In this document: positions 12,101 through 24,582 of the stretch, piece after piece
How positions within the stretch are numbered: the first letter of the stretch is position 1
Layout: the number at the start of each line of letters is the position of its first letter
DNA from: Guillardia theta CCMP2712
Taxonomy: Eukaryota > Protista > Cryptophyta
Direction: 5' to 3'
Assembly: GCF_000315625.1 (NCBI RefSeq)
Contig: NW_005434613.1
Span: forward strand, 133,186 to 192,563
DNA length: 59,378 nt
Made by a program: the position numbers and the translations under genes
The notes under the pieces: model-generated
The model's database searches: none
What the model was told of the DNA's origin: nothing
What the model saw: the letters and a program-made list of their open reading frames with translations, nothing else

Positions 12101-15100
12101 TCTTCGGCATGGATGGCGTTAAGGCTGTAAATCTCCAAGTGGTTCTTCAGCAGCTCTGCGATCAGCGATGAGATGGTCTCATCCCCGAAAGTTGATCGTC
12201 CCGGCGAACTCGCCTGGTTTGGATCCTGAAACACCTTCTCGGCCCGCAAGCACTCTTGGGAGATGCATGTGACCCAGAGCGCGTGCGTGATGATCCGGAG
12301 CAGTTGGAACGAGAGTTTACCACGGCTGATGCCCTCATCGCTCATGTCGGACTTATGGGACGCAACTCGAGTCAAAGTACACTTCAAGAGAATCGCCAGC
12401 CGTTGAGAAGACAGGCTCTCACCCAAGGACCCGATCCCTCGCCAGAAGTCGCAGATGTCTTGCAGGTCCAGGTCCTTCGCTCTTGCTACTATGTGACACA
12501 CGATCTTGTCGATGGACTGTTGACAGGGCGCCAGCCCAGATTCTCCCAGGGAGAGCAAAGACTTGCACGCGGACGAAGTGCTCATCTTGGGGACTCGGTC
12601 TGCAAACTTGGCGAGGAATTGAGATCCGGAACTCTGTCACAAAAGAAAATAGTGAGAAACGGAAAGTTTCAGTGTTGGGATGCACGACAAGCAATCTAGC
12701 AAACAATCCCGTGTCCGAAGTACCTCGATGAGCAGCGCATGTTGCCTTTGGCCATCAGACCGCGCGCAAGAGCAAAGCACGTCAACGACCATACTGGTAT
12801 TGAGGATCGGAGTAGACATGGTAACACGAGATAGCAGTTTCATCGCTGTGTCACGAGCAAAAGTGTTGGGCAGTAAAGGGAAGTTTGAGTCTCCCACTGC
12901 AATCAAGAGCTTTGCAGCGCAGGAGGGGCTCAAGGACTCGACGAGCGGATTGATTCGTTTCAAGAGGGCACGGACTGGGTCCACGTTACCTACACCTTGC
13001 CAACCCGTCTGCAGGAAACCTTCTAGGACATCAGTCACTTCAGAGATTACCAATCTGTCTTTGTGTCGAACTGCCCACGAAGCCAGTATACTCATCACAT
13101 CGAATGGTGGCCTGTAGCCCAACTCCCCTAAGGCTTTCACAGCCACTGCCAGTGAAGGCGCCGAGAGCCTGTCAGGACTGCTGGCAAGTTCCTGGTGGGT
13201 TCAAGAATACCATCAGTTGAAATGCATCCGTCGCGAAGGAATCTCGAATGTACCTCACAGATTATTGCTGCCAACTCGATCCTCTCTGAGCAGTGTTGAC
13301 GTTGAACGTGACAGTCTTCCTTCGAACGGATCCTCACAACAAGAGAAGCAAGGATCTTGTCCAGGTGAGAATAATTCAGATTCTTCCTCACTGATCTTAC
13401 ACGGGGCAGTGCACACTTCACTAGATTGTCAGGGAGATTCCTGCCACCAGCACTCAACCCTACTAATACCTTTGCCGCCTCTGATGCAGAAAACTCATGG
13501 AAGTACGTGCTAGAAACATTCGCAAGGACAACTTCGAGGTCCTCGGTCAAAGGCTCCCCTAGGGCCTCAACAGATTCGAAAAGATGGATGATGTCTCGAC
13601 CGTTCAGACCCTCACACTTCTCTCTCACGATAGAGCTCACAGCATCCTCATACACTCTCTTGCCCATTTTCACAAGTCTGAGCTTCCCCAGGCAATGTAG
13701 GAGCCGGGCAGCACAGAGGCAAGTCATTGATGTCACTCCCCTAGCTGCCATCTCGGCCAGTTTTGTGGTCTCTTCACGTTTCCATCCAAAAGAAAGGAGT
13801 GCCCAAAGTGCGTCCACCGCTTGCATGGGGGTCAGATCCTGCCTCTTGCTCATGGCACTGCCCAGCTCCTCCAGGAAGTTGGACTCGAAGACTGATTCAA
13901 GCTTGGCTAACGCAACGATCATCGCCACGAGCTCATTCGTTGGGAGCAGCTGCAAGTAAGCAGTCAAGTCAGCACGAGGCAAATCAAGTACGTGAAGAGA
14001 CAAGGAAGCCCCAGACAAGAACAAACAAAGAAGAAATGTTCCGTAAGAATCATTGTGTTGCACAGTGAACAACCTGATGCATTGCACGGCAGCGAACTGC
14101 AATAGCCAGAATGAGATCTTCGTGGCGCGGTAAACCTCTGAGTTTGTCCATAGAATCAAGCAATGACGTAATTGTAGCCGAATGAATTCCCTCAGACATC
14201 TTCTGTACCTACACGCAATAACGGCAAATAGAGGAGACAAAAAGAGTAGAGTTAGCTGAATGTTACACATTCCATGTAAAAAATAATCTGAGATTTGATT
14301 GCAACAACCTGTGCAGTCAGGGAATCCATCAATTTCTGTGAAGTCGATTCAAGTGGCAAAGTTTTCAATGCCGCATAGCAACTCAAGATTTGAGCAACTT
14401 GTTCTATTCCTAGATGAAGACCTAAAACATCATTCAATGAGGAGGAAGATCGGAAAAACTGTTGGTGCTCCACCTTCGTCCATCAAGGTCTCAACCCTTC
14501 TTCCCGTCGCTGCAAGCATCTCATTCATGACACTTCTCTCAACTTTGGGCGATAGGGTAGCTGCCACATTCAATGATGACAGGACCTCGAACAACGAGTA
14601 AGACGCTGCAAGCCGAGTAGCATCTTTGCAAAGACGTTGTGCGAAGTCAATGTCACGAGAGTTTGGGACGCAGAACTTGCCCAAGGCAAATAAAAGTTGG
14701 AGGATGAGTTTTGCATCATCACGGGCCGTGTAGGTCTTCACCAGCGCCTCTTTGAGCTTCTCAATCGATTTCCACGGATATTCCTGTAGCTCGATGTGGC
14801 TCGTCATGTAGGTCAGTCGGTTCAGACAGAACGTCGCCCGGTCGAAGTCAAGCTCCTCAAGCGGAAAGCTGTTCAGGTACTCGGACAGCTCCTTCAAGGA
14901 TGTGATACTTGATATGTACTGCTCGAACTCAGTCAGTTTTGCTTCAGGCAACTTGTTCAATGTTTTCTTGGATTCAGAAACAATTGACTTGACCTGCTGC
15001 TGTGCCTGCTGCTGAGGCTGCTGCTGAGGCTGCTGCTGAGGCTGCTGCTGTGCCTGTTGAGGTTGTGCCTGAGGCTGCTGTGGATGTGACTCCATTGAAC

Positions 15101-17752
15101 GCCCAGCAGAATTTGGATGAAGATTCGTTTGCACTTTCTCTGTATCAACATGAAATGAGCCCCTCCTCTCCTCTCCTCTCCTCTCCTCTCCTCTCCTCTC
15201 CTCGACTAAAGACATCTGTCTTGGTTCAAACCTTCCCTGCTGAGGAGGAAGACTGTTTTCAAGTTCTGAAGAACCTTGATTCGGAAAACCTTGGTTTGCA
15301 AAACCCGCATAACTGGTGCTGCTAACAAGCGCCTCTCGCGCTGCTCTCTTCTCCGAGATCTTGTTTCTCAAATCAGTAACTGAATTGTTGTCTCGATTCT
15401 TTTGCCAGTCATGTTTGTGCGCAACCAAGATTCTGACTTCACAGCCTTCAATAATGATGAATTCATGCCGGAGAGCACTTTCCATGGACTTGGCATTGTC
15501 GAACGAGGTGTAAGCAAATCGTTTTCCAGGTGGAATAAATGTGTTGATGACTCGTCCAAACATCTCCATGTTCTTACGAATGGCATCTAGATTCAACCAA
15601 GCATGCCCGCCAGCAATTGCAGTCAAAAACACGCGGAATTCCTGTCGATCTGGTCGAGTAGAGTTACTTGGAGGAGGGGATCGCCGATTACGTGGAGGCG
15701 ATCGATTCGATTGCAAAGAGGATCCCCACTTGTCTTCATCTCGTGAGGCCGTCGGAGAGATAGGAGAATTGTGCCCCGGTCCTGCTGGACCGTCATCTCG
15801 TAGTTTTGCTTTGTCAATCAGATCCTCTCTACCACGATCTGCTTGAGAGCTGCTCCAATCTCGTTTATCGTCCCCATACGCGGGACGGTCAACATCCATT
15901 CTGTAGTCCGAATGCCACGATGATGCAGAGTACGAATTATTCCAATAGTCAGACGAAGAGTATTGCCAGTTTTCATTGCGATTGCCATCACTCGTCGGCC
16001 CTGGTTTCATCTCTTGATCAACCGAAGAACCAGTTTCAGCTCGTGAGAATGCCTTTCTTCTCTTGGCCTCTCGAGGATCTGAGTCGCGAGAGTCGACATC
16101 ACTCCATTTCCCGGGTCGAGACCACTCTTCCCCTTCCACAGGCTTGTCTGTAGCTGGCAAACCACCAGCAGAACGCTGCAAATTACAAGTGATCGGTTCG
16201 CCATCCTCTCGCTCGAACACCAGCTCCACCAAAGATCCGGGCTGACCCAGCACGTGATTCTTGATCACATCACGTGCTAAACCTACGCAGCTGACACCCC
16301 CCACAGAGATCAACCTGTCGCCCACTTGAACTTTGCCGCACAAGTCCACTGGTCCGCCAGCCTTGATTTCTTTTACGATACAGCATGCCTTGGAAGTACT
16401 GTCAGGATGAGCTAGAACCATCCCGACACCGCATGGACGGACAGTGTCGGGCGCTTTGAGGATATCATCGCGATCTCGTTTGCCATGAACGTCTCTGTTG
16501 TCAGGCATCGAGAATCCTTCACGAGAGTCATCAGTACTCGATCGTTGAAACGTGCTTTCGTTCCGGAAGCCTTCTGTCCTCGGATAGTTTTCTTGACCTC
16601 TCGGTGTAGTTACAGTACTTTCCATGGGCACTTGATCAGACATTTCACCACCACCCCCGGGCCTTGGCTCTGCGCGCATCAAACGTACTCTACAATGCTC
16701 CATATTCATCTCTTTCAATGCCAGCGCCTTTTCAAGCGACTCACGATTCTGGAATGAAATATAAGCAACCTGAAAAGTATGAATTTCGTTACAAGGACGA
16801 CTCGTCAATGAGAAAAACTGAGCATACCCTCTTGTTCTTTGGCATGAATACATCGGTAACAAGTCCAAAACGTTCAAAATGCCACTTGAGTAGATTCCTA
16901 TCCAACCATTCTCCTCCACCTGATATGCCTGTGACAAAGACTCGATGTTCGAACCTGTCCATCATCAGAACAAACTCCCCACGAGTAGAGCAAAGATTAC
17001 TTGGAACTGTTGCGTGCAGCCTGTTGGCTTTCACTCAATTTTGGTATTCTTGGCATTTGTCCTTTGTCGAATCCCCTTGTCTCAGACGAGGCTTCATAAT
17101 CTCCTTCGTTTCCAGCCTGTTCTTGGCCTCCTACTTCAGATCCAACCCGAATCCTGCGGGCGGGCGGGGCCTCTCCTTCAATACTGGAATCGTATTGATA
17201 CGTGTTGTCGTCATCGTCCTTGTCTTTGAAGCTACGATGGGAGTGGGTATCATGAAACTCGTGATCTTCTTCTTCACTCTCACACCCGAGGATTTCATCC
17301 AGCAGCGTTTCACCATCTTCGGGGTCTGAAGGGTTATCATTCTCATTCCTGTGCTGGTGGCTTGTCTGCAAGCCCTCGGCATGCTGCTTGTTCTCTCGGT
17401 CTTGTGAGACAGCCACTATCAGATTCGACCATTCATTTCTTTCTTGTTCGTTCGTAGCTTTCAGCTGCAACAACTTCTCGTCATACTTGATGTGAATCTC
17501 GACTTCGTTGGGGAGTACAACGTCATTCGGACCCAAAGAAGCCAAACTCAGACTATCGGATACAGCTTTGGCCGTCTGTCCATCGGAAACTCGCAAACAC
17601 TTGTCCGCACCGATAGATATCCACTTTTTCGCCCATCTCTTGATGTTTCCCGGCCGCTTCAAATCATCTTTTGTCAAGATACAAACAAGTCTTGCAACAA
17701 GCAGTGTTACCTGAACAAGAAGGTGTCCTTCTTTGAGGTGCCTTGGCCCCAT
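9140..17752 (-). CDS. Giant multidomain protein (~2,600 aa): PH, RRM, PDZ, RRM, FAST/OPR-like helical regions, two RAP-like domains, two WW domains
   Basis: About 12 exons joined in frame by GT-AG introns (17710..17657, 17000..16955, 16827..16770, 14473..14422, 14308..~14209, ~14073..13952, ~13253..13192, ~12723..12634, 9507..9454, 9393..9318, 9250..9208). PH: KEGHLLVQ|RPGNIKRWAKKW...LKATNEQERNEWSNLI. RRMs: RVFVTGI...KR|VAYISF and RVFLTAI...KRFAYTSF. PDZ: GVGMVL...GGPVDLCGKVQVGDRLISVGG. RAP-like: VVIDVVD...LKHDLLSVMGWNVLTVLKERW and TTIEIY...RMNLLKRSGLMVLVVGFEQW. WW: WT|VHWSKGRNAWFYHNSETKQK|VWKPP and GW...YYFNPESGQIAYEPP. Confidence 0.8.
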
Positions 17753-17919
17753 CACAGAATTTGTACGAGAATGTACATGAGAGGTGTTTGTTGGTGTCTA
17801 TGAACTCGTTTATCCTGCCACGTAAACCTCGCAGTCACTGCCGGAACATGTCTCCATCTCGAGTCTGCTTTGCAAGCAAGAGAAACTGCAATCCTCTTCG
17901 GGTAGGGCGCGGGCTATGA

Positions 17920-17977
17920 ACACGAGGAGAGGATCTAATACAACTAATCTACACGAGGAGAGGATCTAATACAACTA
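17920..17977. repeat. 27-bp direct duplication (period 31) upstream of the giant gene
   Basis: ACACGAGGAGAGGATCTAATACAACTA at 17920 and 17951. Confidence 0.9.
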
Positions 17978-18954
17978 CTCTGGGCATAACAATGCTGCAA
18001 TCCACAGAAAATAAGGGAATACAAGCACATCTTTGACTACATGTTGCAAACAAGATACACAGACCTATCCTGTCTTCTTGAGATTTCTCGCTTCTATCTC
18101 GTTCTTTCCCGTCGACGATTATTGTCTCCTCATGACTTCCCTTCTTTTCTCTCCCATCGTTTGCAAGACATTTCCCTCTCCTCACCGCAACTAATCCTCA
18201 TCCCGCCCGTCTTGCACGAATCTGCTCTTCTCCTCCACCTGAGCAACCACACCTGCTCCTCCTACACCTGCTAATCCTCCTCCTCCTCCTCCTGATACCT
18301 GTGCTTCTAGTCCTCCTGCTACTCTCGCTACCTCAGTTGCAAAGTCTCCCGCTCAGCCTCCTCTAGGCATTCTCTCCCTGCATCATCCGCGCTGCTCATC
18401 CGCCCCACTAGCCACCCCCACCACCCACTATAAGTAACACAATGAATCAGAATACCCCTTCTTAAAAATACCCTCTACCCCCAACGTATTACCCCACCAT
18501 GAGAAAGAGTCAAATAATATAGTCAGAAGTACCAGTACTTGACCTACCCCCCTGGGAATTTCTCCCCCCAACATTCACCCCCACCCTACATGGATGTCGA
18601 CTACCGGTGGGTCCTGCTACACCCACACTGGTAAATCTTACCAAGCTGCACGAAGGAAATCATCACCACCCCTCCGTCTGCACCATCTATTAAATGACCC
18701 CCACCACCTCTGCATCCTTGAAAAAACAATAACAGTACCCCTTGCCAAGCTACCCCCTCCCCCTGATTTTGTCATTCCATGTGGAGTGTACAAGCAAGAT
18801 CCAGTTATGGCAGCGTCGGAGAGCGAGGGAGGGAGCGGGGGAGGGAGCGGGGGAGGGAGCGGGGGAATGGGAGGGAACAACATATTGTTTCATGTTCTGT
18901 GTACGAGGACAGAAATACTACATGCAGTGGAAGGTGCAAAGTGAGAAATAACGG

Positions 18955-20289
18955 ATGTTTGATAAAGTACGATGAGACACGCAGAACTACTGGTCTTGTT
19001 TCGTTGATTTATGATGACAGACAGGAGACAGAGCAACCTGAAGGAGTTGAGGATGGAAGCCGCTCGTGATGGCAACCTGGCAGCGATACGGCAGACCTAT
19101 CCAGAGGGGTGCGATATCGAATACTTGAACAGGAAGGACGAGGACGGAAGGACTGCTCTGGTCCGGGACTTTCTCACTTTCTCCCCGCAATCACACGTTA
19201 TGCAGCACTGGGCATGCGCCAACAAGCCGAAAGCAGGTCAGAGCCATGCTGAATGTGTGGCATATCTGCTTGAGAGAAGAGCCAACGCCACGGTAACAGC
19301 TCGGCTCCCCAAGAGAAGCGACTTGTAATCGTGCGTGCAGACTGTGGATGATGGAGGCTGGTGCCCGTATGCCCATGACGACCTGACGAGCCGCCCGTCA
19401 CTCATGGTGCGAGAGCAGGTTGCTCTCGGCTGCGAGCTCGGGCAACGCGGACATAGTGAAGACCCTGTTGGATGCCAATGCCAAGGTAGGGGACAGAGTG
19501 CAAGCGCATCGAGGGTTGAAAGATGATTGCTACAGGTGGATTTTGAGGAGGCGAGCAGCCAGTGTACGGCTCTGCATTTGGCCTGCAGCAAAGGCCACAC
19601 GGGTGAGAGGAGGACGTGGTGTGGATGGTGGTGGAAGTGGAGGAGCAGGAGGAGGAGGAGGAGGAGGAGGTAGTGCAGTTGGAGGATTTGGCGGAAGTGG
19701 CAGTAGGAACTAGAGGATGATGGTCAGAAGGAGAGCTGAAGGGTTGCAATCAGAGGTAGTCAAAGCCTTGATCCATGCCGGGGCGAACTGCAGGTGACGA
19801 GCTTGCTCAAGGCATGAGAGGAGCTCGAGTCTGATGTTTCCTCCTAGGTTGATGGACGGGAACAATCAGACCCCGCTGCACCGAGCGGCCGGGACGGGGA
19901 GGAGCCGAATTGTGGAGGAGAGTGAGTCGGGTGCTGGTGTGGTGGGCTGATAGGTCTGTGCCTGCAGTTGCTCTTGTCCGAGGGTGTGGATGTGAACGCT
20001 CGAGACAAGGAGGGGAACACCGCTCTGCACCTTGCCATGTATGAGCAGCAGGAGGAGTCGTGCGTCTCGCTCATACGAGCAGGCAAGCATGCGAGGTTGT
20101 CCAGCCTCGTCCTCGTCCTCAACTTGTTGCCAAGGTGCTAGCACGACGATCAAGAACAACGAGGGAGAGACGCCCCTTGCTCTCGCTCCTGATTCCTTCT
20201 GTGAGGCGGTAACCCCACAGTCTCGCGAGCTCCCCCGTGAGCAAGCAAGGAGAAAATGCAACTGACATACCCGTGGACAGGTCCTGTAG
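18955..20289 (+). CDS. PSMD10: Ankyrin-repeat protein resembling gankyrin (26S proteasome chaperone PSMD10/Nas6)
   Basis: About 10 short exons splice to ...KDEDGRTAL|HWAC...|TVDDGGWCP|LLSAASSGNADIVKTLLDANAK|...CTALHLACSKGHT|...QTPLHRAAGTG...|...DKEGNTALHLA...|GASTTIKNNEGETPL. Repeat order and length match gankyrin; orthology not tested. Confidence 0.75.
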
Positions 20290-20731
20290 GCGGGAAAGTG
20301 CTGGATCAGATCATGAGGGAGTGCCATGTATCATATACTAGAGCAAAATAAAAGCCGCCAGGTTGCGATACCCTGATCCTCCGATGATCCTCCGGTTGTT
20401 GCCGGGTCATCCGAGTCAGCATCACACTGTCCGATGATGGCCATGACCGGGATTGCCGCAGTGCGGCCCACCGCGGCCCAGCCTCACTGGCAGGCCGCGC
20501 TCCGGCGCTCTAAATGATCAACCGTCAACTACTGACACTACTGACACAGTGCCACGGTGCGTGACTCAGTGACCCCGCGTACCGTAGCTAGTACGGTCGC
20601 GGGCCGCCGCGTCAGTGGAGTCACTGGGCTCGGGCCGCAATTCGGCACTCAGTGACTGGCTGCCATACCAATTTTGCCGCCCGGCGTACTCAAACTTCCG
20701 TTAAGTTTTGCCCATTGAAAGTAGCCAACCT

Positions 20732-21180
20732 TTTACTCAAAGTTAAGTTAAAAAGCAGTACGAGGACGATCAGGAGAGTCGAGGAGGCTTGACCCGTTTA
20801 CTCAAAGTTAAGGTAAAAAGCAGTACGACCCTGACACTGTCGCACAGGCGCAAGACGTCTCAGCTCAAGGCCTCCCTGTCCTACGCTGCCATCATCGCGG
20901 GTGCATCCCGGTATGCGTCTCATTCCTTCGGCGGCGGCCACCGCGACATCGCTGGCATGGCGGCGCGGGGGGATTGTCCAGCGCGCCGTTAAGTGAAGGT
21001 ATCAGTTAAGTTTGGGGGACAGCTGTTGGCAGGATTGGGTTTGGTTCTCGCTGTCTTTTCTCTTCTCGCCGTTTGGCCTGTGCGACAGTGTCAGGGTCAA
21101 GCCTCCTCGACTCTCCTGATTGTCCTCGTACTGATCTTTAACTTAACTTTGAGTAAAGTATCGGGCCAAACGGCGAGAAG
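20732..21180. repeat. Long inverted repeat (~80-bp arms, ~230-bp spacer) with an adjacent 17-bp inverted repeat; MITE-like or fold-back
   Basis: Left arm 20732-20848 (with an internal ~33-bp duplication) is the reverse complement of 21077-21157. CTTCTCGCCGTTTGGCC (21062-21078) pairs with GGCCAAACGGCGAGAAG (21164-21180). Confidence 0.85.
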
Positions 21181-21873
21181 CCAACAATGAAGCCGCTTTG
21201 GAGATCGCCGTACTCATCACGTACTAAAACTACAGTCGCACTGCGGCGGCGGCGGCGTAGTTCCCGAGACCTCCAGTGCGCCGGGTCACGTGGATCATGG
21301 AGTCGAGTCACGTCCCCCGGCAGGGCACCTATATAAGACTGGGACCCACCCCACTGAGCAGGACTGAGGCCTGGAGATAAGGGTGGGTGGGGGATTGTAG
21401 AATTCCACGAGATCACAGGGGGAGGGGGAGTCTATTCACATAAGAGGGACCACCCACCCCCCGGTCGTCATCTAATATGGACCCCACCCTCATGACGTAT
21501 TTTTGTACCCACCCTCTCATTTTCCCATCCACCACCCCCGTTTATGAGGAGACAAAGTTGGGAACCTGTAAAATTAAAAAAAAGCCTCCCCCTGTAAAAC
21601 CACCCCCTACCCCACTAATTACAGGAGCACCTTCTTCGCCTTCGGTCCCGCCACGTCACTACCCGTACAAAGTCCTGGAAACAACCCTACCCTTTTAGGG
21701 AGTCCAGAACTTTCTTGGTTAATCGTGCAGCTCGGGGGTGTTTCCTGAAACGTTGCGTTCAAACAACGATTTGCAAACACATAAACATACCTCTGCCCGT
21801 CCTCGAGCCACTCTTTCACCTTGCAAAGCACTCCAGGCCCCGCAACAACTCGCTTGCTCCGTCTACACCCTAT

Positions 21874-22341
21874 CCTCAGTCTCTCACTCCATCTCCTTGT
21901 CCTCAGTCTCTGACTCTATCTCCTTGTCCTCAGTCTCTGACTCCATCTCCTTGTCCTCAGTCTCTCACTCCATCTCCTTGTCCTCAGTCTCTCACTCCAT
22001 CTCCTTGTCCTCAGTCTCTCACTCTATCTCCTTGTCCTCAGTCTCTCACTCCATCTCCTTGTCCTCAGTCTCTGACTCCATCTCCTTGTCCTCAGTCTCT
22101 CACTCCATCTCCTTGTCCTCAGTCTCTGACTCCATCTCCTTGTCCTCAGTCTCTGACTCCATCTCCTTGTCCTCAGTCTCTGACTCCATCTCCTTGTCCT
22201 CAGTCTCTGACTCCATCTCCTTGTTCTCAGTCTCTGACTCCATCTCCTTGTCCTCAGTCTCTGACTCCATCTTCTTATCCTCAGTCTCTCACTCCATCTC
22301 CTTGTCCTCAGTCTCTGACTCTATCTCCTTGTCCTCAGTCT
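21874..22341. repeat. 27-bp minisatellite, ~17 copies
   Basis: Unit CCTCAGTCTCT(C/G)ACTCCATCTCCTTGT, head-to-tail with no spacers. Confidence 0.95.
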
Positions 22342-22670
22342 ATTCCTTTATCTACACCTTATCGCCTCAGTCTCTCCCTGCATCCCCCTACCCACAGTTT
22401 CTAAACTCCATCTACCTATTCTCAATCTCTGCCTCTATGTCTCTTTCCAGCATTTCCTCGCTCCAAAGCTCTTCCACTCCCTCCATGCTCCCTTGCTTTA
22501 TCGTTTCGTAACCCTTTCTTCCTTGCATCTTCATCCCTCCTGCGATTTTCCCTCAAGGTAGATAAAGTTCACTCGGTAACGTTAGTGTGCAATGATGATT
22601 GTTACCACAATGTTGTTAATCAGTTTTCACGCAATGTTTGCAGCAGCTCTTACTTTTCCACTCAGGCACC

Positions 22671-23287
22671 ATGGAAGGGTCGCACCTCAACGCTACAACA
22701 AGGCCATACCACCCGCAATCTTGCCGTCCAAGAAAGATCAATCTCAAGCTAAAGGACATCTCGAAATTTTTCCACCTGAGGCAATCCGAGGCAGCAAAGC
22801 AGCTTGTGAGCAGATCAAGAGTATGATCTGTCAGCTGACGTCTGTTGGCAGGGAATTTCGCTCACCTCCCTCAAGTCTTCTTGCCGTCGTTTTGGGATCC
22901 TGCGTTGGCCGAGTGCGAGGGGAAATCATAATCACTTCATGGGAGAACTGCCGGTATCGCCCAGCCCCGAGCCGTCAAGGCCAAGTAAGTTTGTGCGGGA
23001 TGTGAGTGGGACTAGTTATAGCCGAGGGCGACTGGATGACTTTGTGCTGCTTCCTGTAGCTGACAATACTGATTCTTTCCTCTGTTGCTGCAGGTAACGA
23101 TACTAGCTCTGCTTCCGCAGCCAGGGCCTCCTCGAACTTGCCTGCTGCTCCTGCGGAAGAGGGAGAGGCTCCGCCGTTGGATCCTGCATGGATGGAATGG
23201 TTTTTAGAAACGCCGCTGACTCCCGTTGAAGACGAGGGAGGGAACGTAGGGGATCTCGTGGAAGAGACAAGTTTACCGTGTTTGTGA
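22671..23287 (+). CDS. RWP-RK domain transcription factor (copy 4, 3 exons)
   Basis: Exons 22671..22805, 22852..22984 and 23094..23287 give ...SKFFHLRQSEAAKQL|GISLTSLKSSCRRFGILRWPSAR...|...LDPAWMEWFLETPL...stop. Confidence 0.88.
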
Positions 23288-24139
23288 AGGGGAGGAAGGA
23301 AGACTGTTAACGATCCCTGAGTTGGTGTTTGTGAGGATGGAAAGGGAATGATGTGTGAGAGTTGTGATATAGAGTTGTTCTACCAGAAGGCATTCAAACA
23401 TGTAATTTTTCTCGAAGCTGTCAGTATCCGTACTATTAGTATCCATGCTGTTAGTATCACCTATGTTGATAAATGGGCAAAAACGATGTTTCTCCTCCAT
23501 TTCACGCACAGACTTTCACACAATCTTTAGAATCTTGTTAAAAAGTGACACCATTCTTGAAATTCTTTGAATTAGCTACTTTACGGACTTACAGGCGGGA
23601 TGTTGTTTGCTGTTATAGTCCACCCGAGATGCAGTTTTGCCATCCCCCGTGCTTGGCTATTAGAGACAACTTGGAAGCCGNNNNNNNNNNNNNNNNNNNN
23701 NNNNNNNNNNNNNNNNNNNNNNNNNNNNNNNNNNNNNNNNNNNNNNNNNNNNNNNNNNNNNNNNNNNNNNNNNNNNNNNNNNNNNNNNNNNNNNNNNNNN
23801 NNNNNNNNNNNNNNNNNNNNNNNNNNNNNNNNNNNNNNNNNNNNNNNNNNNNNNNNNNNNNNNNNNNNNNNNNNNNNNNNNNNNNNNNNNNNNNNNNNNN
23901 NNNNNNNNNNNNNNNNNNNNNNNNNNNNNNNNNNNNNNNNNNNNNNNNNNNNNNNNNNNNNNNNNNNNNNNNNNNNNNNNNNNNNNNNNNNNNNNNNNNN
24001 NNNNNNNNNNNNNNNNNNNNNNNNNNNNNNNNNNNNNNNNNNNNNNNNNNNNNNNNNNNNNNNNNNNNNNNNNNNNNNNNNNNNNNNNNNNNNNNNNNNN
24101 NNNNNNNNNNNNNGAGATAGGAGTGGAGAGAGGAGAGGA

Positions 24140-24510
24140 GAGAGGAGAGACAAGAAGTGTCTTGACCTGCCGTTGAAGTCCATCATCTCTCCCATAGATC
24201 GCACGTGGAACTTGTGGTGGGGAGGAGCTGAAGACTTGGAAGGAACGTGATGAAAGTATCCTTCGTCGAAGACAGTAGGCTAGAGGAAGGGAAGGGGTAG
24301 CGGAGGAGAGGATTGAGAGAATGGGAAAGAGGCAACGAGGAGTGGAGGAGAAGAGGGAGGAGGAGGAGGGTAAACAGGAAAGGGACAAGGAGGAGAAGGA
24401 GGAGAAGCAGGAAAAGGAAATAACGAAAAGGAGGAGGAAGAGGGAGGAGGAGGGTAAACAGAACGGGGGAGGGAGGACGGTGGGGAGGAGGAGATGGAGC
24501 AGGGAGCAGG

Positions 24511-24582
<72 letters not shown>

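Noticed and set aside
10060-12699. Plus-strand ORFs up to 324 aa opposite the giant gene, and similar ones opposite DRC1
   Set aside because: Typical antisense shadows of GC3-rich coding sequence, with no motifs.
16997-17755. Stand-alone PH-domain gene
   Set aside because: Its stop overlaps a GT donor, and a 46-nt intron joins it in frame to the first RRM exon.
21874-22341. 27-bp array as a CRISPR array or a real PQSLTPSPC protein
   Set aside because: No unique spacers, eukaryotic context and no cas genes; open frames follow from a stop-free unit divisible by 3.
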